Assembly: GCA_017500855.1 (NCBI GenBank)
Contig: JAFVYC010000022.1
Location: 13,020 to 77,019, forward strand
Origin: Clostridia bacterium
GTDB lineage: Bacteria > Bacillota > Clostridia > Christensenellales > CAG-314
Length of the DNA stretch: 64,000 nt
Direction: 5' to 3'
The position numbers and the translations under genes were made by a program. Shown here one piece after another: positions 10,210-18,476 of this stretch; the stretch's first letter is position 1, and each line of letters begins with the position of its first letter. The notes beneath the pieces are model-generated. The model did not search any database, was not told the DNA's origin, and saw only the letters and a program-made list of their open reading frames with translations.

Positions 10210-11769
10210 TTATTCCTCCGAGCCACGCAACGATGGGTTGAACGCATCACGCAAACCGTTACCAAACAAGTTGAAGCTGATTTCCAACAACGCAATGAAC
10301 AATGCGGGGAATAGCACTACGTGAGGCGAAGATGTCATTACTTTTTGTCCCAAAGAAAGCATTGTACCAACGGACGACATTGTTGCGCTGTCCAAGTTGA
10401 TGATGCCAAGGTAGGACAAAGATGTTTCACTGAAAATTACACCGGGGATTACCAAAATGGAACCCGTGATGATTGTTCCCAACGAGTTGGGGAAAATGTG
10501 CTTCCAAATGATACGCCAGTCGGATGCGCCAAGTGTGCGTGCCGCCAAAACGTATTCTTGGTTTTTGAAGCGGTAGAATTGCATACGAACACGGCTTGCC
10601 ATACCAATCCAGCCCGTAAGCACGAAGGCAAATATCAGCGAGCCAACAACGCCCACTTTTGCAGCCAAGTGCAACTGGAACAGTACGGTGACGACGGTGA
10701 AGGGAACACCGCTCAAAATATCCGAGAAACGTTCCATTGCAATGTCCACAACGCCACCGTAGTAGCCTTCAATTGCGCCGTACAATGCGCCAATTGTCAA
10801 GTTGATAACGGAAACGATGATTGCAAGAATGAAACTGAATCTTGCGCCGGAAGCCAAACGGCTGAAAATGTCGTAGCCACTGCTGTCGGTACCGAAAGCA
10901 AAGGATGGTTCGTAGCCAAATTTGTAGATGAAGTAGTTGTAGGCGCTCAAACGAACTGTGTAGTTGTAGGCTCCTGCTGCACCACCACGCTTGGAGTAGT
11001 CCCAACCTCTTTCGCCGTTGTTGGCAGGGTCGTTAGCAAGGCGTGTGCTGTTGTAGTCGTCCTTGCCTGTTTTTGCATAGGCAGGGATGAAGTTACCTTC
11101 GTCGTCCAAAACGGGGTTGCCCCTTTGGTCACACTTGAACCAGTAGTCCGGAACGGATGTGAAAATTGGGCAATTGGTGGAATCTACCCATGGGAAGATT
11201 ACTTGAATGCCATTTTCTACTTGCCAATCTTGAATTGCTTTGTAGTCGGCGTAGGTCATTGTTTTGGTGATTACACCGATTTTGTAGTATTGGTCGAGCC
11301 TTACGTCGTACAAAGTTTTTTCGTTGCCAAACAAGTCGGTAACGGTGTGTTCGCCAACAACGTCAACGATAACTTCGTGGCCAAGTTCTGCAGTCAAACC
11401 TTCGTAGTGGTAGAGTTGTGTACGAGTCAGTTCTTCTACTTTACTTCCATCCCAAATACCCGTACCCTTCATAAATGCCAAGCGGGGTGGCAATTCTTTG
11501 AAGTTTTTGAGCATGATTTCTGTTTTGTATGCTTCTTGGTAGGCAGGGTCAAAACAGAATGGGCCAATTATTGCGTACACAACCAACAACAAAATGATGA
11601 TTGCTGCAACCAACGATGCCTTGTTCTTTTTGAAACGGTTGAAAGCATCACGGAAGTAACCGATGGGCTTTGTGTCCAATTTTTGGTCGTGAATGTTTGT
11701 TCCTTGGGCAGCAAAAGCGAATTTTTCTTGAGGGATGGAACTATATTTTTCAAATTGATTGTTTGCCAT
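10210..11769 (-). CDS. oppC: ABC transporter permease (OppC-type) with a large extracytoplasmic loop
   Basis: 519 aa. TM1 is followed by a hydrophilic loop of about 220 aa. The core is typical BPD_transp_1 (GTDSSGYDIFSRLASGARFS...EYVLAARTLGASDWRIIWKHIFPN). Confidence 0.88.
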   Translation of the reverse strand: MANNQFEKYSSIPQEKFAFAAQGTNIHDQKLDTKPIGYFRDAFNRFKKNKASLVAAIIILLLVVYAIIGPFCFDPAYQEAYKTEIMLKNFKELPPRLAFMKGTGIWDGSKVEELTRTQLYHYEGLTAELGHEVIVDVVGEHTVTDLFGNEKTLYDVRLDQYYKIGVITKTMTYADYKAIQDWQVENGIQVIFPWVDSTNCPIFTSVPDYWFKCDQRGNPVLDDEGNFIPAYAKTGKDDYNSTRLANDPANNGERGWDYSKRGGAAGAYNYTVRLSAYNYFIYKFGYEPSFAFGTDSSGYDIFSRLASGARFSFILAIIVSVINLTIGALYGAIEGYYGGVVDIAMERFSDILSGVPFTVVTVLFQLHLAAKVGVVGSLIFAFVLTGWIGMASRVRMQFYRFKNQEYVLAARTLGASDWRIIWKHIFPNSLGTIITGSILVIPGVIFSETSLSYLGIINLDSATMSSVGTMLSLGQKVMTSSPHVVLFPALFIALLEISFNLFGNGLRDAFNPSLRGSEE

Positions 11770-11771
11770 AA

Positions 11772-12878
11772 TTATCTAGCCCCCATTCTGATTCGTGGGT
11801 CAATGATACCGTAGCTGATATCAATGACAATGCCTGCTGCAAGGCCAATAAACGTGTAGAAGCCTGTGAGCAACATGAAGAAGTTGTAGTCCGGAGTTGG
11901 TTGCGCTTGGATTGCACCAATGTACAATGCGCCAACGCCAGGAATTGTGAACATGTTTTCGATGATAAGCGAACCGCTCATGATGCTGATGAATTCGCCC
12001 AAAATCATTGGGAAAATTGGCACCATTGCGTTGCGCATTGCGTGGCGCAAAGTTGCTTGTCCCTTTGTGAGACCCTTTGTGCGAGCAAGAAGCATGAATT
12101 CGCTTGTGAGCACTTCGGTAAGTTCGGCACGTGTGTAGCGTGCAAATCCGGCAATCGTACCAAAACACATAGACAAAATTGCGGGAATTGCCGTGGAGAA
12201 GAACGTCCAGCTGAACGCACCTTGCGTAGCGTCTACCACAGGTTTGAACCAGCCCAACTTGAAGTAGAACAAGTACTGTACCAAGAACGCATAGATGAAC
12301 GATGGCACGGATACAAAGATCATTACGCCGGTGGAAATCACGTGGTCTTGCCACTTGTTCTTTTTGAGTGCCGCATAGATACCAAGCGCCAAACCAATTG
12401 GAATAGACACCAAAATGGACGCAAGGTTCAACGATACGGTGTAGGGAACCTTTTCAACAAACACCTCCCAAACGTCTCTGCCAAGGTACAGCGCTTCGCT
12501 AGTTCCAAAGTAGCCACGAATGATACCGCCAACTGTCTTTTTGGTACCTTCAACGCCTTCGGGAATTTTGCTTTCGTCAAACACCATTTTTGTTTTTGGC
12601 AATCCCGTCGTAGAGTCAATTTGAACGTTTCCGTTGCTGTCTGTCAATGGGATTTCGTAGCCCGTTCTACCAAACAGGTAAATCCAGTACTGCTCCATGA
12701 TTGGCTTGTTGTAGCCAAGCATTTCACGACGCATTTCAATAAGTTCCTTGTCCTTGCCGAACTGATCTGCAGGACGGTTTGGCAAAAGTTTTACCAAAAC
12801 GAAGCACATTGTGAAGATGATCATGAAAGTCAGCAACATCAGGCCGATTCTTTTCAGAATGTACTTAAACATATACAT
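11772..12878 (-). CDS. oppB: ABC transporter permease (OppB-type)
   Basis: 368 aa. The N-terminus MFKYILKRIGLMLLTF is typical of OppB/DppB, as is the EAA-like region FMLLARTKGLTKGQATLRHAMRNA. AGGAGA SD lies 6 nt upstream. Confidence 0.9.
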   Translation of the reverse strand: MYMFKYILKRIGLMLLTFMIIFTMCFVLVKLLPNRPADQFGKDKELIEMRREMLGYNKPIMEQYWIYLFGRTGYEIPLTDSNGNVQIDSTTGLPKTKMVFDESKIPEGVEGTKKTVGGIIRGYFGTSEALYLGRDVWEVFVEKVPYTVSLNLASILVSIPIGLALGIYAALKKNKWQDHVISTGVMIFVSVPSFIYAFLVQYLFYFKLGWFKPVVDATQGAFSWTFFSTAIPAILSMCFGTIAGFARYTRAELTEVLTSEFMLLARTKGLTKGQATLRHAMRNAMVPIFPMILGEFISIMSGSLIIENMFTIPGVGALYIGAIQAQPTPDYNFFMLLTGFYTFIGLAAGIVIDISYGIIDPRIRMGAR

Positions 12879-13085
12879 AGCTTGTCTCCTTCATCAACTT
12901 TCGTTGATTGTGAAATAATGAAACATTTTTGTGTTCTTTGCGATGATTTTTTTGCAAAAACCATTGGAAAAATCACAAAAACAAAAAACCTGTAAACAAT
13001 AGGACAGGTGGGACGCTGTTAGACGTCCCACCGCCTGTTATTGTTTAGTTGATGCTAGCACCACTACCAAATTTTGCCTGATGGC

Positions 13086-15731
13086 TTATTTGTAGTTCAA
13101 TGTGCCACCTTGTTCTTCAATGTAATCTTCCCATTCAGCGTCTGTTCTTGCATATCTGTAGTGAGAAATACCACCGAAGCCAAGACCTACAACGTATTCT
13201 TCTGTCTTGTATTGAACTCTCATGGACTTCAAGGATGCGGAAGAGTCTGTCATAAGTGGGAAAATGTTAGCAAGAGTCATAACTTTTGCTTCTACCTTTG
13301 CAAGGATCTTAACACGAAGTGCAGGATCATCGCTTGTGCCTGCGCGAACGTCTACCTTTTCACCAGTAGCTTTGCCGTCAGCACCGATAACGTCACACTT
13401 GATTGTTTCGCCGAGCAAGCATTCACTTGTCCAAGCGTACAAGCTTGCACGAAGAACTTTGCCGTCGATTTCGATGTCAAGGTATACATCGTTTTTGTCT
13501 GTGAGTGGGTCGTATTGGAGAGAACCTGTGAAGCAGTCCATCATGGAGTATGGGTCGAACATAGATCCGCTGTAGCCAACACCGAACAACAAGTCAACAG
13601 AACCGTTTCTCAAGTATTCACCGAATGTTGTGGAACCAAGAACTTGGCTGTTGATGAATGTTACGTGACCTTCGAAAGATGTGCCTTTTACAGCTTCTGT
13701 CCAGCACTTTTGAAGGAATTCGGAACCCTTTTGATAGAAGTTACCTTCGGATGGCATACCGATGCAAAGTTGAACTTCCCATTTGCCGGATGCGATCATG
13801 TCTGCTGTGATGTCGCCACGTGCTACTGCCTTTTCGTAAGCTGTTTCGAACAATGCTTTTGCACCTTCTGGGTCGAAACCTGTGATGGAAGCAATTGCGT
13901 CATCCTTTGTCAAGTATTCTTTGCCATCGCCCCATTGATCTGCAAGTCCCCAGAATTCAAGGATAGCGTCCTTACCTTCTTCTGTTGCACGGTATGTCAA
14001 ACCAGATTCAGGGTCAGCAACGATCATTGCGGAAAGAAGAGCCTTTGCAATACCGGATGTTGGAGAGAGTTCAAGGTTGAATGCTTCACGGTCGAGAGCG
14101 TAGCTCAAACCTTGACGGAATTCTGTGATGTCAAGAACAGTTTTGATAACTGCGTTGCCTGCTACTACAGGAGTTGCTGTTGCTTGGTTAGCTTCCAATG
14201 TGTCGAAATCTGGGTTCATTGCAAGGTACCAAGTGGATTCACTGTCTGTGTAGTACAAGTAGTCGCTGTTGATGAAGTCAGCCATGTCTGCTGCTTGGAG
14301 GCCGTAGCTTTCAAGTTCGCCCTTCAAGAACATTTCAAGACGGATGGAGTCTTCTGTAACCTTTGTGTAAACAACGTTGTCTGTTTGGTATTGGCCGTAC
14401 ATGTCGAATTCGTAGTAGCCGTGCCAGTATGGGTTACGTGTCAATACGATCTTGGAGTCAGCAACGTATGTTGTGAGTTTGTATGGGCCGTAGCCGATGA
14501 ACTTGTCGATAGATGTACCGTAGTCGTTTGTGTACAAACCGCTGGACATATCGATGCATTCACGATACTTACCTGGGTGAACAAGGAAGAAGCTTGTGCA
14601 AAGTTCGTAACGGAGATAGAAGTTATCTTCCATTTCGTTCTTCAAAACAACAACGAGAGAGTTGTCGTCTGTTGCGAAGAAACCAACTGTTCCATCGTAG
14701 TCTGCAACTGGGTAGTTAACGATGTAAACGAAGTAGTTGAATGCATCTGCACGAGATTCGCCCCAAGCTGGAACTGCTGTGATAACGCCTTCAAGAAGGT
14801 CAAGAGATTCGTCTGTAATTGCAACACGACCATCTTCATTTGCCAAAGCAATGAGTTGTTCGTAAGCTTCCATTCCGAAGTATGCGGAACCGTAAGCGTT
14901 TACGTATGCAGCAAGTGGGTTACCACCGAGCCAAGAAAGACCGTCTGCAACTGTGATGTAGATGTCGTATCCTTCTGGTGTCTTGTAGATGCCGTCTTCA
15001 CCCTTAACAAGGTCTTCTTCTGCATATTCACCTGTTGCGCCGTTGTCTGTTACAACAGATTGACCTTGTTTTGCGTATGCTTCTGCACCTGCAATCTTGA
15101 GGTTGTTCATGTAAACGTTGTCTGCACGGAAGTTAGCTGCATCTGGGTTGAGAAGCAATTCCATGGATTCAACGAATGTTTCAGCTGTGATAGGATCGCC
15201 GTTGTCAAACTTAAGGTTGTCCTTAAGAGAGATTTTGTACGCCTTGTTTTCTGTTTCGTCAGCGCCAATTCCGTATTGACCAGCGTATTGAGCTGTTACG
15301 TCAACAGGCATAGCAGATGCCATGGATGGAACGATTACGAAACCTGTTGCATCTTCGTTGTAGTCGAAGGTGTACAAAGCATCGCCGGTGTAGTCCAAAA
15401 TGTATGTGGAGCTTGCGGATTCGTAGGTGTGAAGGTTCCATGCTGTTGGAATATCACTTGGAGCCATACGATAGGAATATTCGCCATCGTTGTCGTCTAC
15501 CCAGTAAGCGCCGTCTTCAACGATACCTTTGCCACAAGTTGGGCATCTACCGTCGATTTCGCTATACCCATCTGGGTGTTCGCAAACCTCATTACATACT
15601 GTACATTTGCCGTTGTCCCATTTGTGGCCATTCTTTTCACATTCGCTTTGGCATGCAACCAATGCAAACAATGCTGTGAAAGCCATAGCAAGAACAAGTG
15701 CCAATGCAAGCATTCTTTGTGTCTTTTTCAT
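13086..15731 (-). CDS. oppA: ABC transporter substrate-binding lipoprotein (family 5, OppA-type), unusually large
   Basis: Start set at the ATG at 15731 (GGAGGA SD; the ORF track starts at 15746). Signal peptide with lipobox LVAC. A 42-aa Cys-rich stretch follows, then an SBP_bac_5-like body. The 881 aa compares with roughly 540 for typical OppA. Confidence 0.85.
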   Translation of the reverse strand: MKKTQRMLALALVLAMAFTALFALVACQSECEKNGHKWDNGKCTVCNEVCEHPDGYSEIDGRCPTCGKGIVEDGAYWVDDNDGEYSYRMAPSDIPTAWNLHTYESASSTYILDYTGDALYTFDYNEDATGFVIVPSMASAMPVDVTAQYAGQYGIGADETENKAYKISLKDNLKFDNGDPITAETFVESMELLLNPDAANFRADNVYMNNLKIAGAEAYAKQGQSVVTDNGATGEYAEEDLVKGEDGIYKTPEGYDIYITVADGLSWLGGNPLAAYVNAYGSAYFGMEAYEQLIALANEDGRVAITDESLDLLEGVITAVPAWGESRADAFNYFVYIVNYPVADYDGTVGFFATDDNSLVVVLKNEMEDNFYLRYELCTSFFLVHPGKYRECIDMSSGLYTNDYGTSIDKFIGYGPYKLTTYVADSKIVLTRNPYWHGYYEFDMYGQYQTDNVVYTKVTEDSIRLEMFLKGELESYGLQAADMADFINSDYLYYTDSESTWYLAMNPDFDTLEANQATATPVVAGNAVIKTVLDITEFRQGLSYALDREAFNLELSPTSGIAKALLSAMIVADPESGLTYRATEEGKDAILEFWGLADQWGDGKEYLTKDDAIASITGFDPEGAKALFETAYEKAVARGDITADMIASGKWEVQLCIGMPSEGNFYQKGSEFLQKCWTEAVKGTSFEGHVTFINSQVLGSTTFGEYLRNGSVDLLFGVGYSGSMFDPYSMMDCFTGSLQYDPLTDKNDVYLDIEIDGKVLRASLYAWTSECLLGETIKCDVIGADGKATGEKVDVRAGTSDDPALRVKILAKVEAKVMTLANIFPLMTDSSASLKSMRVQYKTEEYVVGLGFGGISHYRYARTDAEWEDYIEEQGGTLNYK

Positions 15732-16005
15732 TGTTATTTCCTCCATTCAAATGATTTTCTATTTTTATTGCACCGACGTTGTCGGGAACAATCACGTTGG
15801 GGTGTTTGCTCGGCAAAAATAAAAATTGCTCGACTGCACCAAAAAAGACATATACTATACCAATCAAGATAGTACACCCTTCCGTTGAGCATTCCGAGCT
15901 TACCAAACAAACTTTAAATTAAATTCCAAGCCAATTGATACAACCAGGAGAACCTTCGGAGCCGTTGCAGACGGCGAGATAACTATTCTCTGTTGATATG
16001 CAAAG

Positions 16006-16034
16006 ATTTTACCACAAACACATTGTTCAGTCAA
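16006..16034 (-). promoter_or_regulatory. promoter of the opp operon
   Basis: Minus strand: TTGACT (16034-16029), 17 nt, TGgTAAAAT extended -10 (hexamer 16011-16006). This gives a leader of about 265 nt. Confidence 0.55.
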
Positions 16035-16105
16035 CTATTTGATTTGCGTTTTTTGACGTTTTTTAGTGAACAAATATGTTTTGTTTTTTTTATTGCGTTT
16101 TGGTA

Positions 16106-16134
16106 TTGACAAATTGTGGCAAAAGTGGTATATA
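16106..16134 (+). promoter_or_regulatory. orphan promoter-like element pointing into non-coding DNA
   Basis: TTGACA (16106-16111), 17 nt, TATATA (16129-16134). The next plus-strand CDS is 825 nt away and has its own promoter. Confidence 0.4.
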
Positions 16135-16899
16135 CATAACTTTTGTTTATGAGGTCATTGAAAACATGCACGTTTTTGGCAAGACTTTTGCCGAATTTTG
16201 TTGTTTGCTTGCGTTTTGCCACAAACGCAGGCTATGCGCCACCCCACAATGCCCAACACAAAGTTTGCAGTTGTTGCGCACCACCAAAATTTGCACGGAA
16301 AAACGCCTTCTTGGCACAAAACGATTTAGTATATTATATATAGTTAACAATTATACCTTATTTATATAATGGCGGTGGCAAAAAGCAAGACAATTTGCAA
16401 CACGCAAAACCGACGTAGTTTGCAAAAAGCAAAACAATTTGCGCAAGCAAAAATTGCATTGTCAACACAATGCAAAGCGAAAACAAAACGACGCCAAAAC
16501 ATTGCGCCAAGCACTCCTTCCGTTGAAGAACCTCAACACTGCATTTTTGACGAAATTTGCCAATTTTTTGTTTCAATTGCCGTTGCAAAAAGCAAAACAA
16601 TTTGCACAAACAAAAATTGCAAAGACACACCACATTGCGCAAACAAACTTGCTGTGGCTATGCTTGGCAAATGGCAACAACTTTCAGCAATGTGCAATTT
16701 TCTAGACACAGCACAGGTCACGAAACCACACCACCACGTTTCAACGAAATTTACCATGTTGTGGAGCAATGGTTGCCCAGAACAACCACACCCCTGCCAC
16801 ACACAAAAGTGGCAACAAAGTTGCAAATGCACGCCAGTTGTGTAGGCAAAATTTTGCACGAAACCACACCGCTTGCACAACGGTATTTTGAAAATAGGC

Positions 16900-16928
16900 A
16901 TTGACAAAACAATTTTGCTGTGCTATAC
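16900..16928 (+). promoter_or_regulatory. promoter of the Cys-rich protein gene
   Basis: TTGACA (16900-16905), 17 nt, TATACT (16923-16928). Confidence 0.6.
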
Positions 16929-16959
16929 TTTGCAAAAAAAACAAAGGAGAAAACAAACT

Positions 16960-17430
16960 ATGGCTTCCTGCAAACAATGCGCAAGATGGAGTTCCAGCAA
17001 CTACAACTACTGCCCCTACTGGGACGACGACTTTGCAACGGGAATTTTGTTCGATTGGTACCACGGCTACGAAGATGCACGCCAATGCGAGGGTTTTAGC
17101 GAAGGTAGCGACGGATGCTTCCTTACCACTGCTTGCGTGGAGTACATGGGCAAAGCCGACGACTGCCACGAATTGACAACGTTGCGCAACTTCCGAGACA
17201 ACTTTATGCGTGCAAACCAAACGCTTTCGGAATTGGTAGACGAGTACTACCGCATTGCCCCACAAATTGTGGAAGAAATCAACAAAAAGCCAAACAAAGA
17301 AACCTACTACAAGCACATTTTTGCCGTTGTTGGGCGTTGCGTGGATTTGATTGCAAATGGCAAAAACAACGAAGCCGTGTTGGAATACCAAGACATGGTT
17401 CTGACATTGAAGCAAGAATTTGCAATTTAG
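16960..17430 (+). CDS. Cys-rich hypothetical protein (paralog of 56061-56546)
   Basis: Start set at the ATG at 16960 with an AAAGGAG SD. 156 aa. N-terminal CKQCARW...YCPYW, then SDGCFLTTACVEYMGKADDCHELTTLRNFRDNFM, which is shared with the paralog. Confidence 0.7.
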   Translation: MASCKQCARWSSSNYNYCPYWDDDFATGILFDWYHGYEDARQCEGFSEGSDGCFLTTACVEYMGKADDCHELTTLRNFRDNFMRANQTLSELVDEYYRIAPQIVEEINKKPNKETYYKHIFAVVGRCVDLIANGKNNEAVLEYQDMVLTLKQEFAI

Positions 17431-17477
17431 CAATTTGAACAACGTGGTTCTGCGTAGCAGGTTCTTATAACGACAGA

Positions 17478-17522
17478 AAGAGATAACAAATCGGTTCGCA
17501 ACCGAAATGTTATCTCTTTTTC
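17478..17522 (+). terminator. intrinsic terminator
   Basis: Long hairpin AAAGAGATAACA...TGTTATCTCTTT with an inner stem TCGGTT/AACCGA, followed by a T-rich tail. Confidence 0.65.
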
Positions 17523-17780
17523 TGTTAGTGAAATTTTCGCTATCGTGAAAGTGAAGTTGCTACGCAGTGAAGTTTGTGCTACGCACAAGTGAAGTTAAGT
17601 TTGCCCGCCACTTCGCCGTCAAGCGAAACTTCACTATCGAAGATAACTTCACTTGCCCGTAAGGGCAAACTTAGTTTTAGCGTGTTCTCCGTTAAGGATA
17701 ACACGCTAATGGCAACACCCCTTTTTTTTGTTTTGTCAACAACCAAAAAAACACAAAACACCCGGTACGTCACTTGATTT

Positions 17781-17809
17781 CGGACCGTCGGGGACGCCGG
17801 TCCCTACAA
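17781..17809 (+). repeat. GC-rich palindromic repeat, copy a
   Basis: CGGACCGTCGGGGACGCCGGTCCCTACAA with internal inverted repeat GGACCG/CGGTCC. Confidence 0.8.
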
Positions 17810-17870
17810 TTGCTGTAGCAGGTTTGTTGCCACGAGTGCTATATACAGCCAATGCACACCAAAGTTTTGC

Positions 17871-17899
17871 GGACCGTCGGGGACGCCGGTCCCTACAAG
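17871..17899 (+). repeat. GC-rich palindromic repeat, copy b
   Basis: Identical 29-mer to copy a (CGGACCGTCGGGGACGCCGGTCCCTACAA). Confidence 0.8.
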
Positions 17900-18116
17900 A
17901 GCAACATTGAGACTGGTTGTCTAAAAAAACTACCACCCTATTGCGAAATTTTTTTGGAGCAAGCCTTCCTTGAAAGTCTGACTTTTGTTGGCAAAATATG
18001 CAAAAGAACCCAAAACAACGTTTGCCGACCGTCGGGAACGCACCTTGTTGAAAATTCCAATCAAATGCACGCAAAGGCTAGTTCCAAAAAAAATCGCCAA
18101 CACCCTGCAAAGCAGG

Positions 18117-18215
18117 ATTTCATCGCTTTGCGATTTCATCCACAAGCGTGGATATTTCATCCACAAGCGTGGATATTTCATCCACGATGGTGGATTTCAT
18201 CCGTCGCAGACGGAT
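18117..18215. repeat. tandem array of five ~20-nt hairpin units
   Basis: The units are (A)TTTC + ATCGC-TTT-GCGAT, ATCCAC-AAGC-GTGGAT (x2), ATCCAC-GATG-GTGGAT and ATCCGTC-GCA-GACGGAT. Stems differ between units but always stay complementary. Confidence 0.8.
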
Positions 18216-18295
18216 TTAATTGTAAGAAGAATCGCACCACGTAGTTGTTTGCAAAGTGTGCAAAAACCACATGAGTAAACATAATGTTTGTAAAC

Positions 18296-18322
18296 GTAGG
18301 GACCGGCGTCCCCGACGGTCCG
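18296..18322 (-). repeat. GC-rich palindromic repeat, copy c (inverted)
   Basis: GTAGGGACCGGCGTCCCCGACGGTCCG is the reverse complement of copies a and b. Confidence 0.8.
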
Positions 18323-18413
18323 CACCTTGTTGAGAATTCCACCAAACTCTTGGTCGGAATCCCAAACTCCACCAAACGCCCGCTCGGCACATTTTGGTTG
18401 GCGCAAAACAAAC

Positions 18414-18442
18414 AAAAAAATCCCGTGTTTTGCAACACGGGA
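18414..18442 (-). terminator. intrinsic terminator after the lipoprotein gene
   Basis: Stem TCCCGTGTT / AACACGGGA (18421-18442), followed on the minus strand by T7. Confidence 0.7.
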
Positions 18443-18476
18443 CTTTTGTTTTGATTCTGTTCGGTTAGTTGTCCAA

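Noticed and set aside
13074-15872. 932-aa plus-strand ORF, the longest in the window.
   Set aside because: It is a codon-aligned antisense shadow of oppA (offset 12 nt). The translation is Cys/Val/Phe-rich with no motifs and no SD. The minus-strand product has a signal peptide, a lipobox and an SBP-like body.
15850-15998. T-box riboswitch in the opp leader (AGAGA near the 5' end, GGGUGUAC near a terminator-like hairpin).
   Set aside because: The AGAGA lies in a paired stem, not the stem I bulge. There is no GGUGNRA distal loop and no recognisable specifier loop. The T-box core lacks the UGGU bulge and ACCGCG. I kept it only as an unclassified attenuator candidate.
18117-18215. Possible CRISPR array (regularly spaced palindromic units).
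   Set aside because: The units are only about 20 nt and directly abut with no spacers. The repeat sequences are not identical, and no cas genes are present in the window.
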